Assembly (NCBI GenBank): GCA_963665845.2
Contig: OY762492.1
Coordinates: 3,232,001-3,296,000, forward strand
Direction of reading: 5' to 3'
DNA: 64,000 nt
DNA from: Candidatus Poribacteria bacterium
GTDB taxonomy: Bacteria > Poribacteria > WGA-4E > GCA-2687025
In this document: piece after piece, positions 19,692 to 29,228 of the stretch
How positions within the stretch are numbered: the first letter of the stretch is position 1
Layout: the number at the start of each line of letters is the position of its first letter
Position numbers and translations under genes: made by a program
Notes under the pieces: generated by a model
Database searches by the model: none
The model's input: the letters and a program-made list of their open reading frames with translations, nothing else
What the model was told of the DNA's origin: nothing

Positions 19692-19811
19692 CGTCCAGTC
19701 CTTTAAATGCGGGCTGTTCATCTCTATGTCAACATCTCTCCGATCACGTTAACCGAAACTGCCGTAAAGTTCAATCCTCTTCAATCGGAGGAGCCGCGCG
19801 GGTTGCGCTTG

Positions 19812-20128
19812 GTTTTGAACTAGGATTTTCAGGATTTGAGATGCGGGCATGTCATGGGCGGCGTGTCGGTTTTCGGCAATTCTCTTGGCAATCTTTTCAA
19901 TCATGCAAATCTTAGTTCAGACAGCAGACGGTTTCGAGTTCGCCTCTGGATTCCCGCTTGCGCGGGAATGACGATTTGTGCTGCTGGACGTTTGAGTTGA
20001 ACGCGGATGGTTTCGGGTTTGCCTCTAGATTCCCGCTTGCGCGGGAATGACGGCCTGGTTGGCGAAGCCTTTTCCCATGAATAGAGCGATCGTCAGTTCA
20101 AATGTCCCAAGTATATGCATGAGGTCAG
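19812..20128. repeat. Composite repeat: inverted-repeat element, two REPs and a MITE right end
   Basis: TGAACTAGGAT...ATCTTAGTTCAGACA; REPs at 19949 and 20028; ATGTCCCAAGTATATGCATGAGGTCAG at 20102-20128. Confidence 0.8.
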
Positions 20129-20228
20129 AAGGGCGGGTTGAAGAAAACGGCGCATCGTAGTACGTTGTCTATGCAGTTGTATGAACAGCCGTCTCAACAG
20201 AACACGGCCACAAAACGATGGAGCGCAT

Positions 20229-20990
20229 ATGACAGCCGAAGAACGTTTTTTGTTTGACCTGCAGGGTTATCTTGTTGTCAAGGGCGTCCTGGGCGGCGAT
20301 GAGCTGAAAACGCTCAACGAGATCGCCGATGAGCGCATCGCAAAAGACGACAAGCCGAACGAGATCAATTGGCGCCGCAGCCGATGCAGCCTCTGGGCGC
20401 AGGAGTGCGTCAACCTGATTGACCATGAAAAGCTGCTCCCGTACTGGACAAGCCTGCTCGGACCCTTCTTTCGCCTTGACCATGACTACTGCCTCTTCAT
20501 GCGGAAAGGCGCCCCCGGCGGACAGCTTCACGGCGGGGCGCATGTTTCCCACCGCGCCGGCGATCACTGGTATAAGTGGCAAGACGGGGTCATGCGCAAC
20601 GGGCTGACCGTCTTCACCTACAACCTTTCCCCCGCCAAGAAAGGCGACGGCGGATTCGCATGCGTCCCTGCGAGCCATAAAACCAACTTTCTCACCAAAC
20701 TGCCCGGCGATGTGCGCGCGTTTCAGCGGGAGGCGCATTATGTGGTCCAGCCGGCGGTGGAGGCGGGCGACGTCGTCATCTTCACCGAGGCGCTCATCCA
20801 CGGGACGATGCCCTGGACAGCGGATCATCAGCGGCGCGGGCTGCTTTACAAATACAGCCCTGGACACTCCGCATGGTCGCAAAACGGGTACAACCTGAAC
20901 GAATTTGAACGGTTTCAGCTCACCGACCGGCAGAAGCGCATCTTGGAGCGTCCATGCGTCGGCGGACGGGAACCTGTTCTGCAAAACTAA
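20229..20990 (+). CDS. PhyH-family Fe/2OG oxygenase with H-x-G motif
   Basis: FDLQGYL, LHGG, VPASHK, AGDVVIFTEALIHG, RR; start at ATG 20229. Confidence 0.88.
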   Translation: MTAEERFLFDLQGYLVVKGVLGGDELKTLNEIADERIAKDDKPNEINWRRSRCSLWAQECVNLIDHEKLLPYWTSLLGPFFRLDHDYCLFMRKGAPGGQLHGGAHVSHRAGDHWYKWQDGVMRNGLTVFTYNLSPAKKGDGGFACVPASHKTNFLTKLPGDVRAFQREAHYVVQPAVEAGDVVIFTEALIHGTMPWTADHQRRGLLYKYSPGHSAWSQNGYNLNEFERFQLTDRQKRILERPCVGGREPVLQN

Positions 20991-21009
20991 CGCGGAAAGG
21001 AAAGCGGAC

Positions 21010-21756
21010 ATGACTGACGAAGAAAAATTTGTGTTCGATCTTGAGGGTTACTTCGTTCTCAAAAATGTGTTGAACGAGGATGAGCTGAAGGAGATGAACG
21101 CTGTCGCCGACGAAACGATGGGTCAAGGCGGCGGGCGCGGCGGGCGCGTCTGCCAATGGGGACCGCAATTCACGAACCTGATTGACCACCCGCGCATTCT
21201 TCCCTACCTGCTGGACCTGATGGGTCCGAAGTTCCGCCTTGACCATGACTACAGCATCTTCATGCGGAAAGGCGACACGGGCGGCGGGCTTCACGGCGGC
21301 ACGGACGGCGGCGCGCACATGGGCGAGGCAGATCACTGGTATAAATACACGAACGGCGTTATGCGCAACGGGTTGAGCGTCTTCACCTTCTTTTTGACGC
21401 CCGCGCGTCAAGGCGACGGCGGCTTCGCATGCATACCCGGCAGCCATAAAAGCAACTTCTACCGCGAAATACCGGGCGAGGTGCGGCAGTTCAAACGACG
21501 GCCGAGCTATGTCGTTCAACCCGAAGTGGAAGCGGGCGACGCGCTCTTTTTCACCGAGGCGCTGGTGCATGGAACGATGCCCTGGACAGCTGACCATCAG
21601 CGGCGCGCCCTGCTGTATAAATACAGCCCTGGACATTCGGCGTGGAGCGGCAACTTTTACAACCTGGACGAGTTCGATTCGCTCACTGATCAGCAGCGGC
21701 GGATACTGCAGCCGCCCTCCATCGGCGGAAGGCCGGACGTCGTCGCGCGGACATGA
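21010..21756 (+). CDS. PhyH-family Fe/2OG oxygenase with H-x-G motif (tandem paralog)
   Basis: FDLEGYF, LHGG, IPGSHK, AGDALFFTEALVHG, RR; start at ATG 21010. Confidence 0.88.
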   Translation: MTDEEKFVFDLEGYFVLKNVLNEDELKEMNAVADETMGQGGGRGGRVCQWGPQFTNLIDHPRILPYLLDLMGPKFRLDHDYSIFMRKGDTGGGLHGGTDGGAHMGEADHWYKYTNGVMRNGLSVFTFFLTPARQGDGGFACIPGSHKSNFYREIPGEVRQFKRRPSYVVQPEVEAGDALFFTEALVHGTMPWTADHQRRALLYKYSPGHSAWSGNFYNLDEFDSLTDQQRRILQPPSIGGRPDVVART

Positions 21757-22934
21757 AAACCGCCTACTTCGACTGCTTTTCCGGCGCCGGCGGGGACATG
21801 ATACTCGGCGCGCTCGTGGATGTCGGCATGCCTGTTGAGGCTCTTGTCGAGGCGCTCAAGACGCTCCCCGTGGACGGATGGAAAATAGAGGCGCGTACCG
21901 AACGGCGGCAAGGCATCGCCGGTACGCGCGTCGAAGTGAAAACGGAGGCGCAGCCGCATGCGCATCGCCGACTGAACGACATCCTGCAGCTGATCCAGGA
22001 AAGCGGACTGAACGCGCCCGTTCAACAGAGCGCCGTCCGCGTGTTTCAACGTCTCGCCGAAGCGGAGGCGAAAGCGCACGGCGTATCGGTTGACCAGATT
22101 CATTTCCATGAGGTCGGCGCGCTGGACGCGGTCATCGATGTCGTCGGGGCGGCGGTCGCCGTGGACGCGCTCGGCATTGAACATATCGCCGCGTCGCCGC
22201 TGCCGGTCGGGCGCGGGTTCATACGGTGCGAACATGGCGTCATGCCGAACCCGGCGCCGGGAACGGCGGAACTGCTGCGCGGCGTTCCCGTCATGCCGAC
22301 GCAGATCGACATGGAGCTGGTCACGCCGACGGGAGCCGCCGTTTTGACGACGCTTGCCGATTCGTTCGGCTCCGTTCCGCCGATGACGATTGAGGCGGTC
22401 GGATACGGAGCGGGAAAGCGCGACCTGAAAGAGCAGCCGAACCTGCTGCGCGTCTACCTCGGCGAAAGCGCGGAGGCGGCGGACGGGTTGCAACGCGGGC
22501 GAATCGCCGTCATCGAAACGAACATCGACGATCAGCCCGCGGAAACGCTCGGATACCTCATGGAGCGTCTCATGGAGAGCGGCGCGCTGGATGCGTTTTT
22601 CACGCCGATCGTCATGAAAAAAAGCCGCCCTGCGCATCAGTTGTCGGTCATTGCGCATGTGAACGACGCCGACCGGCTGGCGCGCCTTATTTTGCGCGAG
22701 TCGACGACGCTGGGCGCGCGCATTTATGAAACGTCCCGAACGACGCTGCCGCGCCGATCCAAGAGAGTGGAGACGCCGTACGGGTCGGCGCGGGTCGTCG
22801 TCGCCGAGGGGGGCGGCATCCGCAAAGCCGCGCCTGAATATGAAGATTGCCGGCGGCTCGCCGACGAAACGGGCGCGCCGATACATGACATCTACCGAGC
22901 CGCCGTTCGCGCGCTCATGGAGGCTGAAGAATGA
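21753..22934 (+). CDS. larC: Nickel pincer cofactor biosynthesis protein LarC
   Basis: YFDCFSGAGGDM, HFHEVGALD, ELVTPTGAA, ETNIDD, MKKSRP, PEYEDC. Confidence 0.93.
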   Translation: MKTAYFDCFSGAGGDMILGALVDVGMPVEALVEALKTLPVDGWKIEARTERRQGIAGTRVEVKTEAQPHAHRRLNDILQLIQESGLNAPVQQSAVRVFQRLAEAEAKAHGVSVDQIHFHEVGALDAVIDVVGAAVAVDALGIEHIAASPLPVGRGFIRCEHGVMPNPAPGTAELLRGVPVMPTQIDMELVTPTGAAVLTTLADSFGSVPPMTIEAVGYGAGKRDLKEQPNLLRVYLGESAEAADGLQRGRIAVIETNIDDQPAETLGYLMERLMESGALDAFFTPIVMKKSRPAHQLSVIAHVNDADRLARLILRESTTLGARIYETSRTTLPRRSKRVETPYGSARVVVAEGGGIRKAAPEYEDCRRLADETGAPIHDIYRAAVRALMEAEE

Positions 22935-23986
22935 AACGCGCCGTTCGCCTTGCCGCTTTCGCCGTTGTTTGCGCCCTGACGCTGTCCGCCCATGCAGAGT
23001 TGTGGACATTGCGCGTTGTCGGAAACCTGCATTTTGGCGAGGGTTGGACAACCTATTTTGAAAAAGAGGGGCCGGAATACCCGTTCGCCCAGCTCGCCGA
23101 GTTCTTGTCTGAAGCGGACTGGACGGTCGGTTTCTTTGAGGGGGTCGCTTCAGGGCGGGAAGACCTTGCGCCGTTTGTGGAGGAGCCGCTGCGCTCCAGT
23201 TCCCTTGCGGCGGAGGCGCTGCGCGTCGCCGGGTTTGACGCGGTCTCGCTCGCCTCTCCGCGCATCATGGATTACGGGCTGTCAGGGCTTCAGCAGACCG
23301 TCGGCGCCTTTGACGCGGTCGGGCTTGTCCATTTCGGCGCGGGAGAAAATCTGACGCTGGCGCGGACGCTCGGCACGGCGAACATCAACGAATACGAGAT
23401 CGCCTTCGCCGCTTTTCTGCATGGCGTCAGCCGCGCGCAAGCCGAAGAGCGGACGCCAGGGACGAACATACTCGCCCCCTCCATTTTGAAATCGGACATG
23501 GCGAGCGCGGACGCCGCCTCGGACGCGGTCATCGTCTTCATCCGATGGGCAGACTCAGCGCGGGAAAATGTGACCGACAAACAGAAAATGCTGGCGCATA
23601 TGGCGATCGACGCGGGCGCGGACGCCGTCTTCGGAGTGCGCGGACGCGAATTGCTCGGCGTCGAAATCTACCGCGACCGCCCCATCATTTACGGACTTGG
23701 AGAGTTCATCCGCGGCGTCGATACGCCAAAAAAACATGGGCGCGTCATGATTCCGACCGTCGCGTTCGACGGCGGCCTCCCGATGCGCGTCGATTTAACC
23801 CCCGTTCGGGTGGACACCATCCTGGAGAAAGGGCAAACGCTCGCCACGAAGCTGCAGCCGCGTCTGCTGATCGGGACGGAAGCCGACCCTGTCGTCAACC
23901 TGTTCATAAAGCTGTGCGAAGAGCTCGGAACCGCCGTCGAAAAAACGGACAGCGGCCTCCGAATTCAGATACAGGAGCTGCCGTGA
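22931..23986 (+). CDS. CapA/PGA_cap-like protein with degenerate metal-binding motifs
   Basis: Signal peptide; AGFDAVSLA..DYG, HFGAGEN, IDAGADAV.G, GVEIYRDRPIIYGLG.F. Confidence 0.8.
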   Translation: MKRAVRLAAFAVVCALTLSAHAELWTLRVVGNLHFGEGWTTYFEKEGPEYPFAQLAEFLSEADWTVGFFEGVASGREDLAPFVEEPLRSSSLAAEALRVAGFDAVSLASPRIMDYGLSGLQQTVGAFDAVGLVHFGAGENLTLARTLGTANINEYEIAFAAFLHGVSRAQAEERTPGTNILAPSILKSDMASADAASDAVIVFIRWADSARENVTDKQKMLAHMAIDAGADAVFGVRGRELLGVEIYRDRPIIYGLGEFIRGVDTPKKHGRVMIPTVAFDGGLPMRVDLTPVRVDTILEKGQTLATKLQPRLLIGTEADPVVNLFIKLCEELGTAVEKTDSGLRIQIQELP

Positions 23987-24009
23987 CAAGCGGTACGCTT
24001 ATGCCGGGC

Positions 24010-24185
24010 GTTCCCTGTTTCACGGGGACATGCATTCCCGCGTTCTTCGCGTTCCCCGTTTTCACGGGGACATGCATTTCCGCGCCTTTCATTTCGTCAT
24101 TCCCGCGCAAGCGGGAATCTTAAGGCATCGCAGCCGCCGCTCCCGTCCTTTAAAACCCTCTAGCCCTCTTTTCAAGGGAATCAGA
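24010..24185. repeat. Composite palindromic repeat between convergent genes
   Basis: Two GTTCCC..TTTCACGGGGACATGCATT units, a REP at 24095-24119, and a degenerate C-run palindrome. Confidence 0.75.
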
Positions 24186-24207
24186 CTCGGCGCGGATGGG
24201 CTTTTGA

Positions 24208-25482
24208 TCACTCGTCTTCGTCGTTGCCGCCGTCTTGGGAGGGCGGAGGCTCAACGGGCGCGCCGGCGGGACCGGTCATCAAAGCGCGCAGCTCCTGTAT
24301 CCGCCGGCTAATCTGCGACCGCGCCGCCTCCGATATTCGCGCCTTCTGCGCCTGCTTCTCCAGCGCCGACACATACGCCTCGGCGACGCGCCTGCGCCGC
24401 TGTTCAGAATCGCCCCGCCCCGCCATCGAAGCCGCGGGCTGCGGAGGAGACGCCAAGGGCGCGGCAGCCTCCGGAACCTGACCTCGATCCGCCAGCGCCG
24501 CCAGCGACGCGTCGTACCTTTCCACTATTTGCATCCACGCGGCGCTGGAGCGCTCCTGCGCGTCGGGCTGACTTAGATATGAGGGAAGCGCAAACAGCAG
24601 CTGTTGAAGGTTCGACTTGTTCAGACGCTTCACCGCGTCGCGCTCGTTGAAAGACGGATACTTATCGAGCGGCAACTCGTTGTCGTTCTCGTCCTCAAGG
24701 CGCAGCCGAAACCCCTTTGGAGCGATTCCGTAGTATCTGATGTTGCGCCTCTCCTTTTCTGTCAGATCGCCGCTTCCTCGGCTTCCGCCCGCCCGGACGG
24801 TCGAGATGCCCATGCCCCCGCCGCCGCCGTATCTGTTCCAAAAGAGCGTCACATTCAAGGTTCCTTCGCCTGTCTTAGCGGCATGGTTGTGCTGCTCCTT
24901 TCTGATCGGCCAGGAGCGAATCACATCCGCGATCCATGTCTCTTCTACTTCTTCAAGCTCTTCAAGCGAAGCGTCCGTTGAGAGATCGAAACGATCCCTG
25001 TAAGGAGACGACGGGTTGGCGTTCATACGATGCAGCCTATTCATCAGGTTGTGTCCGTATTCGAGCGCGTCTCTGTAATCGTTGACGACAGCCCCGCGCG
25101 CGAGAACCCGTTCCCAATGCGCCAGCAGTTTTTCTGCCTTCTCGCCGGTTGTGTACGGAGAGTCGAAGACCGCGAAGATCGCCTCCGCGGTCTGAGGTCC
25201 GATATAGCGGCGATAGATGTCGCCGCGTACAGAAACGAGCCACGGGTGCGGATCGCGCCACTTGTATCCGTCAAGAACCAGCTTGCCGTTCTCAAAGGGC
25301 AGCGGCGCAACAGGTTTCTTTCTGGGTTTCAGGATCGACTTTCGCTCGGTCAGATTCCCTTCCGCAGCGGGCTGTTCGCCTTCGTTTAAAAGAACGCCCC
25401 CGCCGGCAATCAGGAGAGTCAACGCGGCGATCCCTGCGAGAAGAAACGCGCGGCGCGCTGTCATGTTTTGCAGTCGATGCAT
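24208..25482 (-). CDS. Hypothetical membrane-anchored protein
   Basis: 424-aa ORF with an N-terminal hydrophobic helix, preceded by RBS AAGGAG. Confidence 0.75.
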   Translation of the reverse strand: MHRLQNMTARRAFLLAGIAALTLLIAGGGVLLNEGEQPAAEGNLTERKSILKPRKKPVAPLPFENGKLVLDGYKWRDPHPWLVSVRGDIYRRYIGPQTAEAIFAVFDSPYTTGEKAEKLLAHWERVLARGAVVNDYRDALEYGHNLMNRLHRMNANPSSPYRDRFDLSTDASLEELEEVEETWIADVIRSWPIRKEQHNHAAKTGEGTLNVTLFWNRYGGGGGMGISTVRAGGSRGSGDLTEKERRNIRYYGIAPKGFRLRLEDENDNELPLDKYPSFNERDAVKRLNKSNLQQLLFALPSYLSQPDAQERSSAAWMQIVERYDASLAALADRGQVPEAAAPLASPPQPAASMAGRGDSEQRRRRVAEAYVSALEKQAQKARISEAARSQISRRIQELRALMTGPAGAPVEPPPSQDGGNDEDE

Positions 25483-25501
25483 GCAAGTTTCTCCTTAAAC
25501 C

Positions 25502-25957
25502 TTACTCGGAAGCGGACCCGCTCTCCGCCGGAACGACCCGCGCCGCCGCCCGCAGCTGCTCAATGCGTTTCTCCCCGATGCCTTCCACTTTCAACAGGTC
25601 TTCAAGCTTTTTAAACCGCCCATGTTCGTTCCTCCAGTTCACGATGCGCTGCGCAAGAACAGGACCGATGCCCGGCAGCTGTTGAAGCGCCTCGGCGTCC
25701 GCCGCGTTGACATTCAGCGGCTCATCTCGGTTCTCCTCGGTTTCTTCCGCTTCGTTCGTTTCGGTTGAAGGGAGAAGCGCATGTTGGTCGGCGGCGTTGA
25801 AGGTCGGCTCGCCGTAAAACAGCTCTGGAAACAGCGAATGCGCCGCCGAAACCGCCGCGCTCACTGCTGTGAACGCGACGAGCGCCGTCAGCAAGGCGCG
25901 CTCCGCTTTGGTCAACGGGCCGCGCTCTTTGAACCGCCGCGCTAAATCTCGAAGCAA
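25502..25957 (-). CDS. comEA: ComEA-like helix-hairpin-helix DNA receptor
   Basis: N-terminal TM; LNVNAADAEALQQLPGIGPVLAQRIV, LLKVEGIGEK. Confidence 0.85.
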   Translation of the reverse strand: MLRDLARRFKERGPLTKAERALLTALVAFTAVSAAVSAAHSLFPELFYGEPTFNAADQHALLPSTETNEAEETEENRDEPLNVNAADAEALQQLPGIGPVLAQRIVNWRNEHGRFKKLEDLLKVEGIGEKRIEQLRAAARVVPAESGSASE

Positions 25958-26460
25958 TGGCTCTCCGTCCCCGGTATGTTCATGTGAAAGTTCGCTTTCT
26001 TGTCGCTGGAAAGGCAGAGCAGAACCGCCTTTCCTTGACGGGTATGCGGAAGCGCCGCCTTCTCCAGAGAGACGCCGTACGGCTGCGCAACCTCTAGATT
26101 GTCCAACACAACCGCCTGTTTGTCCGCCAGCGCTTCTTCCAGCAGTTCGGAAAGCGTCAGCTGCAGCAGCGGCAGGATCTTCGCTGGATTCGCGCCGATT
26201 CTCTCCAGCGATTCCTCCTGTTTCAGCCCGTCCAGCAGGGGGCGCCCGGCGGAGACATACCGCGCCTCTGGGTCGTCAAAATGGCGCGCCAGCCAGTAGC
26301 GCGCGAGCGTTGTTTTTCCAGACCCGAACGCCCCTATCAAGCAGATCGGGGCGTAGACGGGCTGACTCGCCAAAAGCGATTCTATAGCGTTGAACGCGGC
26401 GCGCTGCTTCGGCGACAGCTCAACCTTTCCCCACCGATGCAGCGGCTTATCGAAAATCAA
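25942..26460 (-). CDS. Small P-loop NTPase
   Basis: Walker A GAFGSGKT, Walker B VVLDNLE. Confidence 0.7.
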   Translation of the reverse strand: MIFDKPLHRWGKVELSPKQRAAFNAIESLLASQPVYAPICLIGAFGSGKTTLARYWLARHFDDPEARYVSAGRPLLDGLKQEESLERIGANPAKILPLLQLTLSELLEEALADKQAVVLDNLEVAQPYGVSLEKAALPHTRQGKAVLLCLSSDKKANFHMNIPGTESHCFEI

Positions 26461-27244
26461 TGGATCCGCCCGAGGATTTGAACTTCTGATCCGCCGGCGG
26501 CTTTTCTTTCCAGACAGGCGACTGCACTTTCGGAAAATCTTCCGGCAGTAGACGATGGGCGATGCGCATCCATGTGTCCTCCCGCAGGTCCGACATGATC
26601 TGCTCCTCCGGCACGGGCGGACGTTCGGGCGCGGCGGATTGATAGGCGCGCGCGTATCGTATATGCCCCGTAAAACTTTTCGCTTCGTTCGGCGGCGTGG
26701 AGCCTGTTTGCCACACCACCTCGCCCTGCGGGTTCACGGCTTTGAGCGACACCTTCACCGTCGCCTGCTGCCATGTGATGAAAAACTTTGTGTCCGCAAT
26801 GGAGAGACCGCCCGCCTTGCTCATGTCGTACACAGGCGTTGTGTCCTCTTTAAGCGTCAGCCGCGGTTCCTCTATTCTGCCGACAATCAGCAGGTCGACG
26901 CCAAGGTTTTCCGCCACCTTGCCCGCCAGCGCCGGATTGGCGAACATCTCCTCGTCGGTCAGCTCTAGGTCCATGAGCGATTCCGTGACCGGTTGAAGCG
27001 CCTCGGACTGGTCAAAAAGCACCTCGTACCCTTCCTTGACGCGGTCGAAATGGAGCTGGAAGCGGTTGCCGAGATCGCGCGCTGTCAACATTCCAAACTG
27101 AGGATCAAAAGAGGACAGAAACGGAGCGACCGCAATCTTCGACGAGATCGTCATGTCGGGCGGCGGAAGCTCCTTGCTCCCGCACCCGGCGGCAAGAATG
27201 AGAACGGCGGTCCCGATGAACGCCTTACGGACTATCGAACGCAT
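26447..27244 (-). CDS. Hypothetical lipoprotein (CsgG/LpoB/TolB_N-like fold possible)
   Basis: Lipobox AAGC; KIAVAPF; GKVAENLGVDLLIVGRI; GEVVW. Confidence 0.7.
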   Translation of the reverse strand: MRSIVRKAFIGTAVLILAAGCGSKELPPPDMTISSKIAVAPFLSSFDPQFGMLTARDLGNRFQLHFDRVKEGYEVLFDQSEALQPVTESLMDLELTDEEMFANPALAGKVAENLGVDLLIVGRIEEPRLTLKEDTTPVYDMSKAGGLSIADTKFFITWQQATVKVSLKAVNPQGEVVWQTGSTPPNEAKSFTGHIRYARAYQSAAPERPPVPEEQIMSDLREDTWMRIAHRLLPEDFPKVQSPVWKEKPPADQKFKSSGGSIDFR

Positions 27245-27298
27245 GAATGCTCTCCTTAATTGTTGAGTTTTGACGGGCGGGTCGGCGGCGCAGCGCCT

Positions 27299-28099
27299 TT
27301 ACCCGCTCCAATTTCCATACACATCCACATTCTGCCCCTCCACTTTTGGGCGGACGCCATGGACGACGACGCCAGGGCGGCCGAGAGCCTGACCGGCCGT
27401 CTGGGCGTTGCGCGGATCGCGGAAACCGACGCGCACCAAGCGGCGCCACCGCCCGCTGTTGTTCACCGCCGATCCGTGAACCGTCCAGAGATGAAACAGA
27501 ACCACATCCCCCGCCCGCGCCGGAACCGACACCGCATCCTCCAAGCGGTACTGGTCGGTCGGAAGGTGCGGCGCCGTGTCGGGACCCAGTATATGGTCAA
27601 GCGGGCCGTTCTTATGGCTGCCCGCAAGAAACTTGATATTTCCGCTCTTTTCGTCCGCGTCGTCTAAATGAATCAGCGAGTCGATGTAGCGTCCGTCCGA
27701 GTGGGCGTAAAACGGAACGTCCTGATGCATTGGAAACGGCGCGCCGGCGCTCGGCGATTTTGCATGCAGCGTGCAGTGATGCATCTCGACGCAGTCGGTC
27801 TCCAGCAGGCTCGCAACCGCCGCGCCGATGTCCGGCTTCGTCAAGGCTCTCGACCAAGCGGACGAGTAATGCTGCAGCTCATGAATCGCGACCAGGACCG
27901 CTTTTTCCTCCTCTTCTTTGTCCAGGTACTTCTCGCGCCACGGACCGCGCCATGCGGCGTTCCAGTTGGCGAAGGTCTCCATGACATACTCCAGCTCGTC
28001 CAGCATCCGCTTCAGTTCATCCGGCGGATACACCTGCTCCATTCGGACGAACCCGTTTTCGTGAAAAAATTCGATCTGCTCGGGCGTCAACGCCACCAT
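27299..28099 (-). CDS. PhyH-family Fe/2OG dioxygenase (canonical HQD)
   Basis: FHENGF, PMHQD, GSHK, AGDVVLFHLWTVHGS, RR. Confidence 0.92.
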   Translation of the reverse strand: MVALTPEQIEFFHENGFVRMEQVYPPDELKRMLDELEYVMETFANWNAAWRGPWREKYLDKEEEEKAVLVAIHELQHYSSAWSRALTKPDIGAAVASLLETDCVEMHHCTLHAKSPSAGAPFPMHQDVPFYAHSDGRYIDSLIHLDDADEKSGNIKFLAGSHKNGPLDHILGPDTAPHLPTDQYRLEDAVSVPARAGDVVLFHLWTVHGSAVNNSGRWRRLVRVGFRDPRNAQTAGQALGRPGVVVHGVRPKVEGQNVDVYGNWSG

Positions 28100-28190
28100 C
28101 TATCGTCCTCCGCAATGTTTAACAATCGACAGCATGATACAACAGCTTTCTTAGAATACAAGTACCGCCGCCCTGCGTCAACTAACCTTG

Positions 28191-28356
28191 CCTGATCTTA
28201 CGTCTTTAGTTGGGACATGCAGGCGGGCGAACGCGGACGGTTTCTGCGGCGCCTCTAGATTCCCGCTTACGCGGGAATGACGGTCTGGTTGGCGGCGCCT
28301 TTTCCCATCAATAGAAGGATCATTCGTTCAGCTGTCCCAACTTTCTGCATGAGGTT
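28191..28356 (+). mobile_element. MITE-like element containing one REP
   Basis: CCTGATCTTACGTCTTTAGTTGGGACAT ... CTGTCCCAACTTTCTGCATGAGGTT; REP at 28258. Confidence 0.72.
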
Positions 28357-28381
28357 CGTAGTTCAGACAGCGAAGGCTCCC

Positions 28382-29146
28382 TTACCCCAACACGCCAATG
28401 CTGCGCAGATAACGCACCGACGAGGCGACGCGCTCTTTAGCCCCCTCTTCGGTCAGATTCTCTCCCTGAATGCCTTCCAGCTCCATCGTGAACGGACCGT
28501 AGAAACCGCGCGCGTTCAAGGTTCTAAACACCTTCGGAAAATCCACAACGCCTTCTCCCAGCGCCGGAAAATACCATTCGCGGTATCCGCCGCTCGTGTC
28601 TTTCAGATGTACCGCCGAGATATACTCCGCCGTCTTATTCATCTCCTCGACGCCGTCGATGCCTTCGTTGTAAAAGTAGACGTTCGCGGTGTCCCAGTTG
28701 ACGCGGATATTCGGGTGGTTGACGCCCTGCATCGTTTGGCGGGCGACGGTTCCGTTGGTGATCATGTCGGGGTGCGTCTCCATGACGACCGTAACGCCAT
28801 GCCGCCCGCACACATCGCCGACGGCGCGCAGCCGCGCGTACGCCTCGGAGCGTTTCAGCTCCCCCGCGTTGACGCTCACAAAGACGAGCCGCGCTCCAAG
28901 TTGGCGCGTGATCAGCGCTGTCTGCTCAAACTCCTGGGCGATGTTCGGGTTTTGAATGTCGAGCCGCCCCTGCGAGGTTGCCGCCGACAGCCCGCGCCGC
29001 TCCAGCTGTTTGAGCGCTTCGTCCACCTTGTCGGGCGCCGGTATCGGCATCTCCACATATTGGACGCCGATCTCGGCGAGATGGTCGTAAGCGAGGTTCT
29101 GGTGCGGGCCGTAGGAGGCGGGGCGGCATGACAAGATATTTTCCAT
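28382..29146 (-). CDS. Sugar phosphate isomerase/epimerase (xylose-isomerase-like TIM barrel)
   Basis: METHP, NWDTAN, VHLKD, LGEGVVDF, MELE. Confidence 0.88.
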   Translation of the reverse strand: MENILSCRPASYGPHQNLAYDHLAEIGVQYVEMPIPAPDKVDEALKQLERRGLSAATSQGRLDIQNPNIAQEFEQTALITRQLGARLVFVSVNAGELKRSEAYARLRAVGDVCGRHGVTVVMETHPDMITNGTVARQTMQGVNHPNIRVNWDTANVYFYNEGIDGVEEMNKTAEYISAVHLKDTSGGYREWYFPALGEGVVDFPKVFRTLNARGFYGPFTMELEGIQGENLTEEGAKERVASSVRYLRSIGVLG

Positions 29147-29228
29147 AACGCAAACCTTCTCTCATGGGGACAAACTGCGCAGCGCAAATAGGATGCCCCG
29201 TCCAGCGCAAAAACGCAACCGAAAGATA

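Noticed and set aside
21690-23051. 453-aa minus-strand ORF
   Set aside because: Antisense shadow of larC
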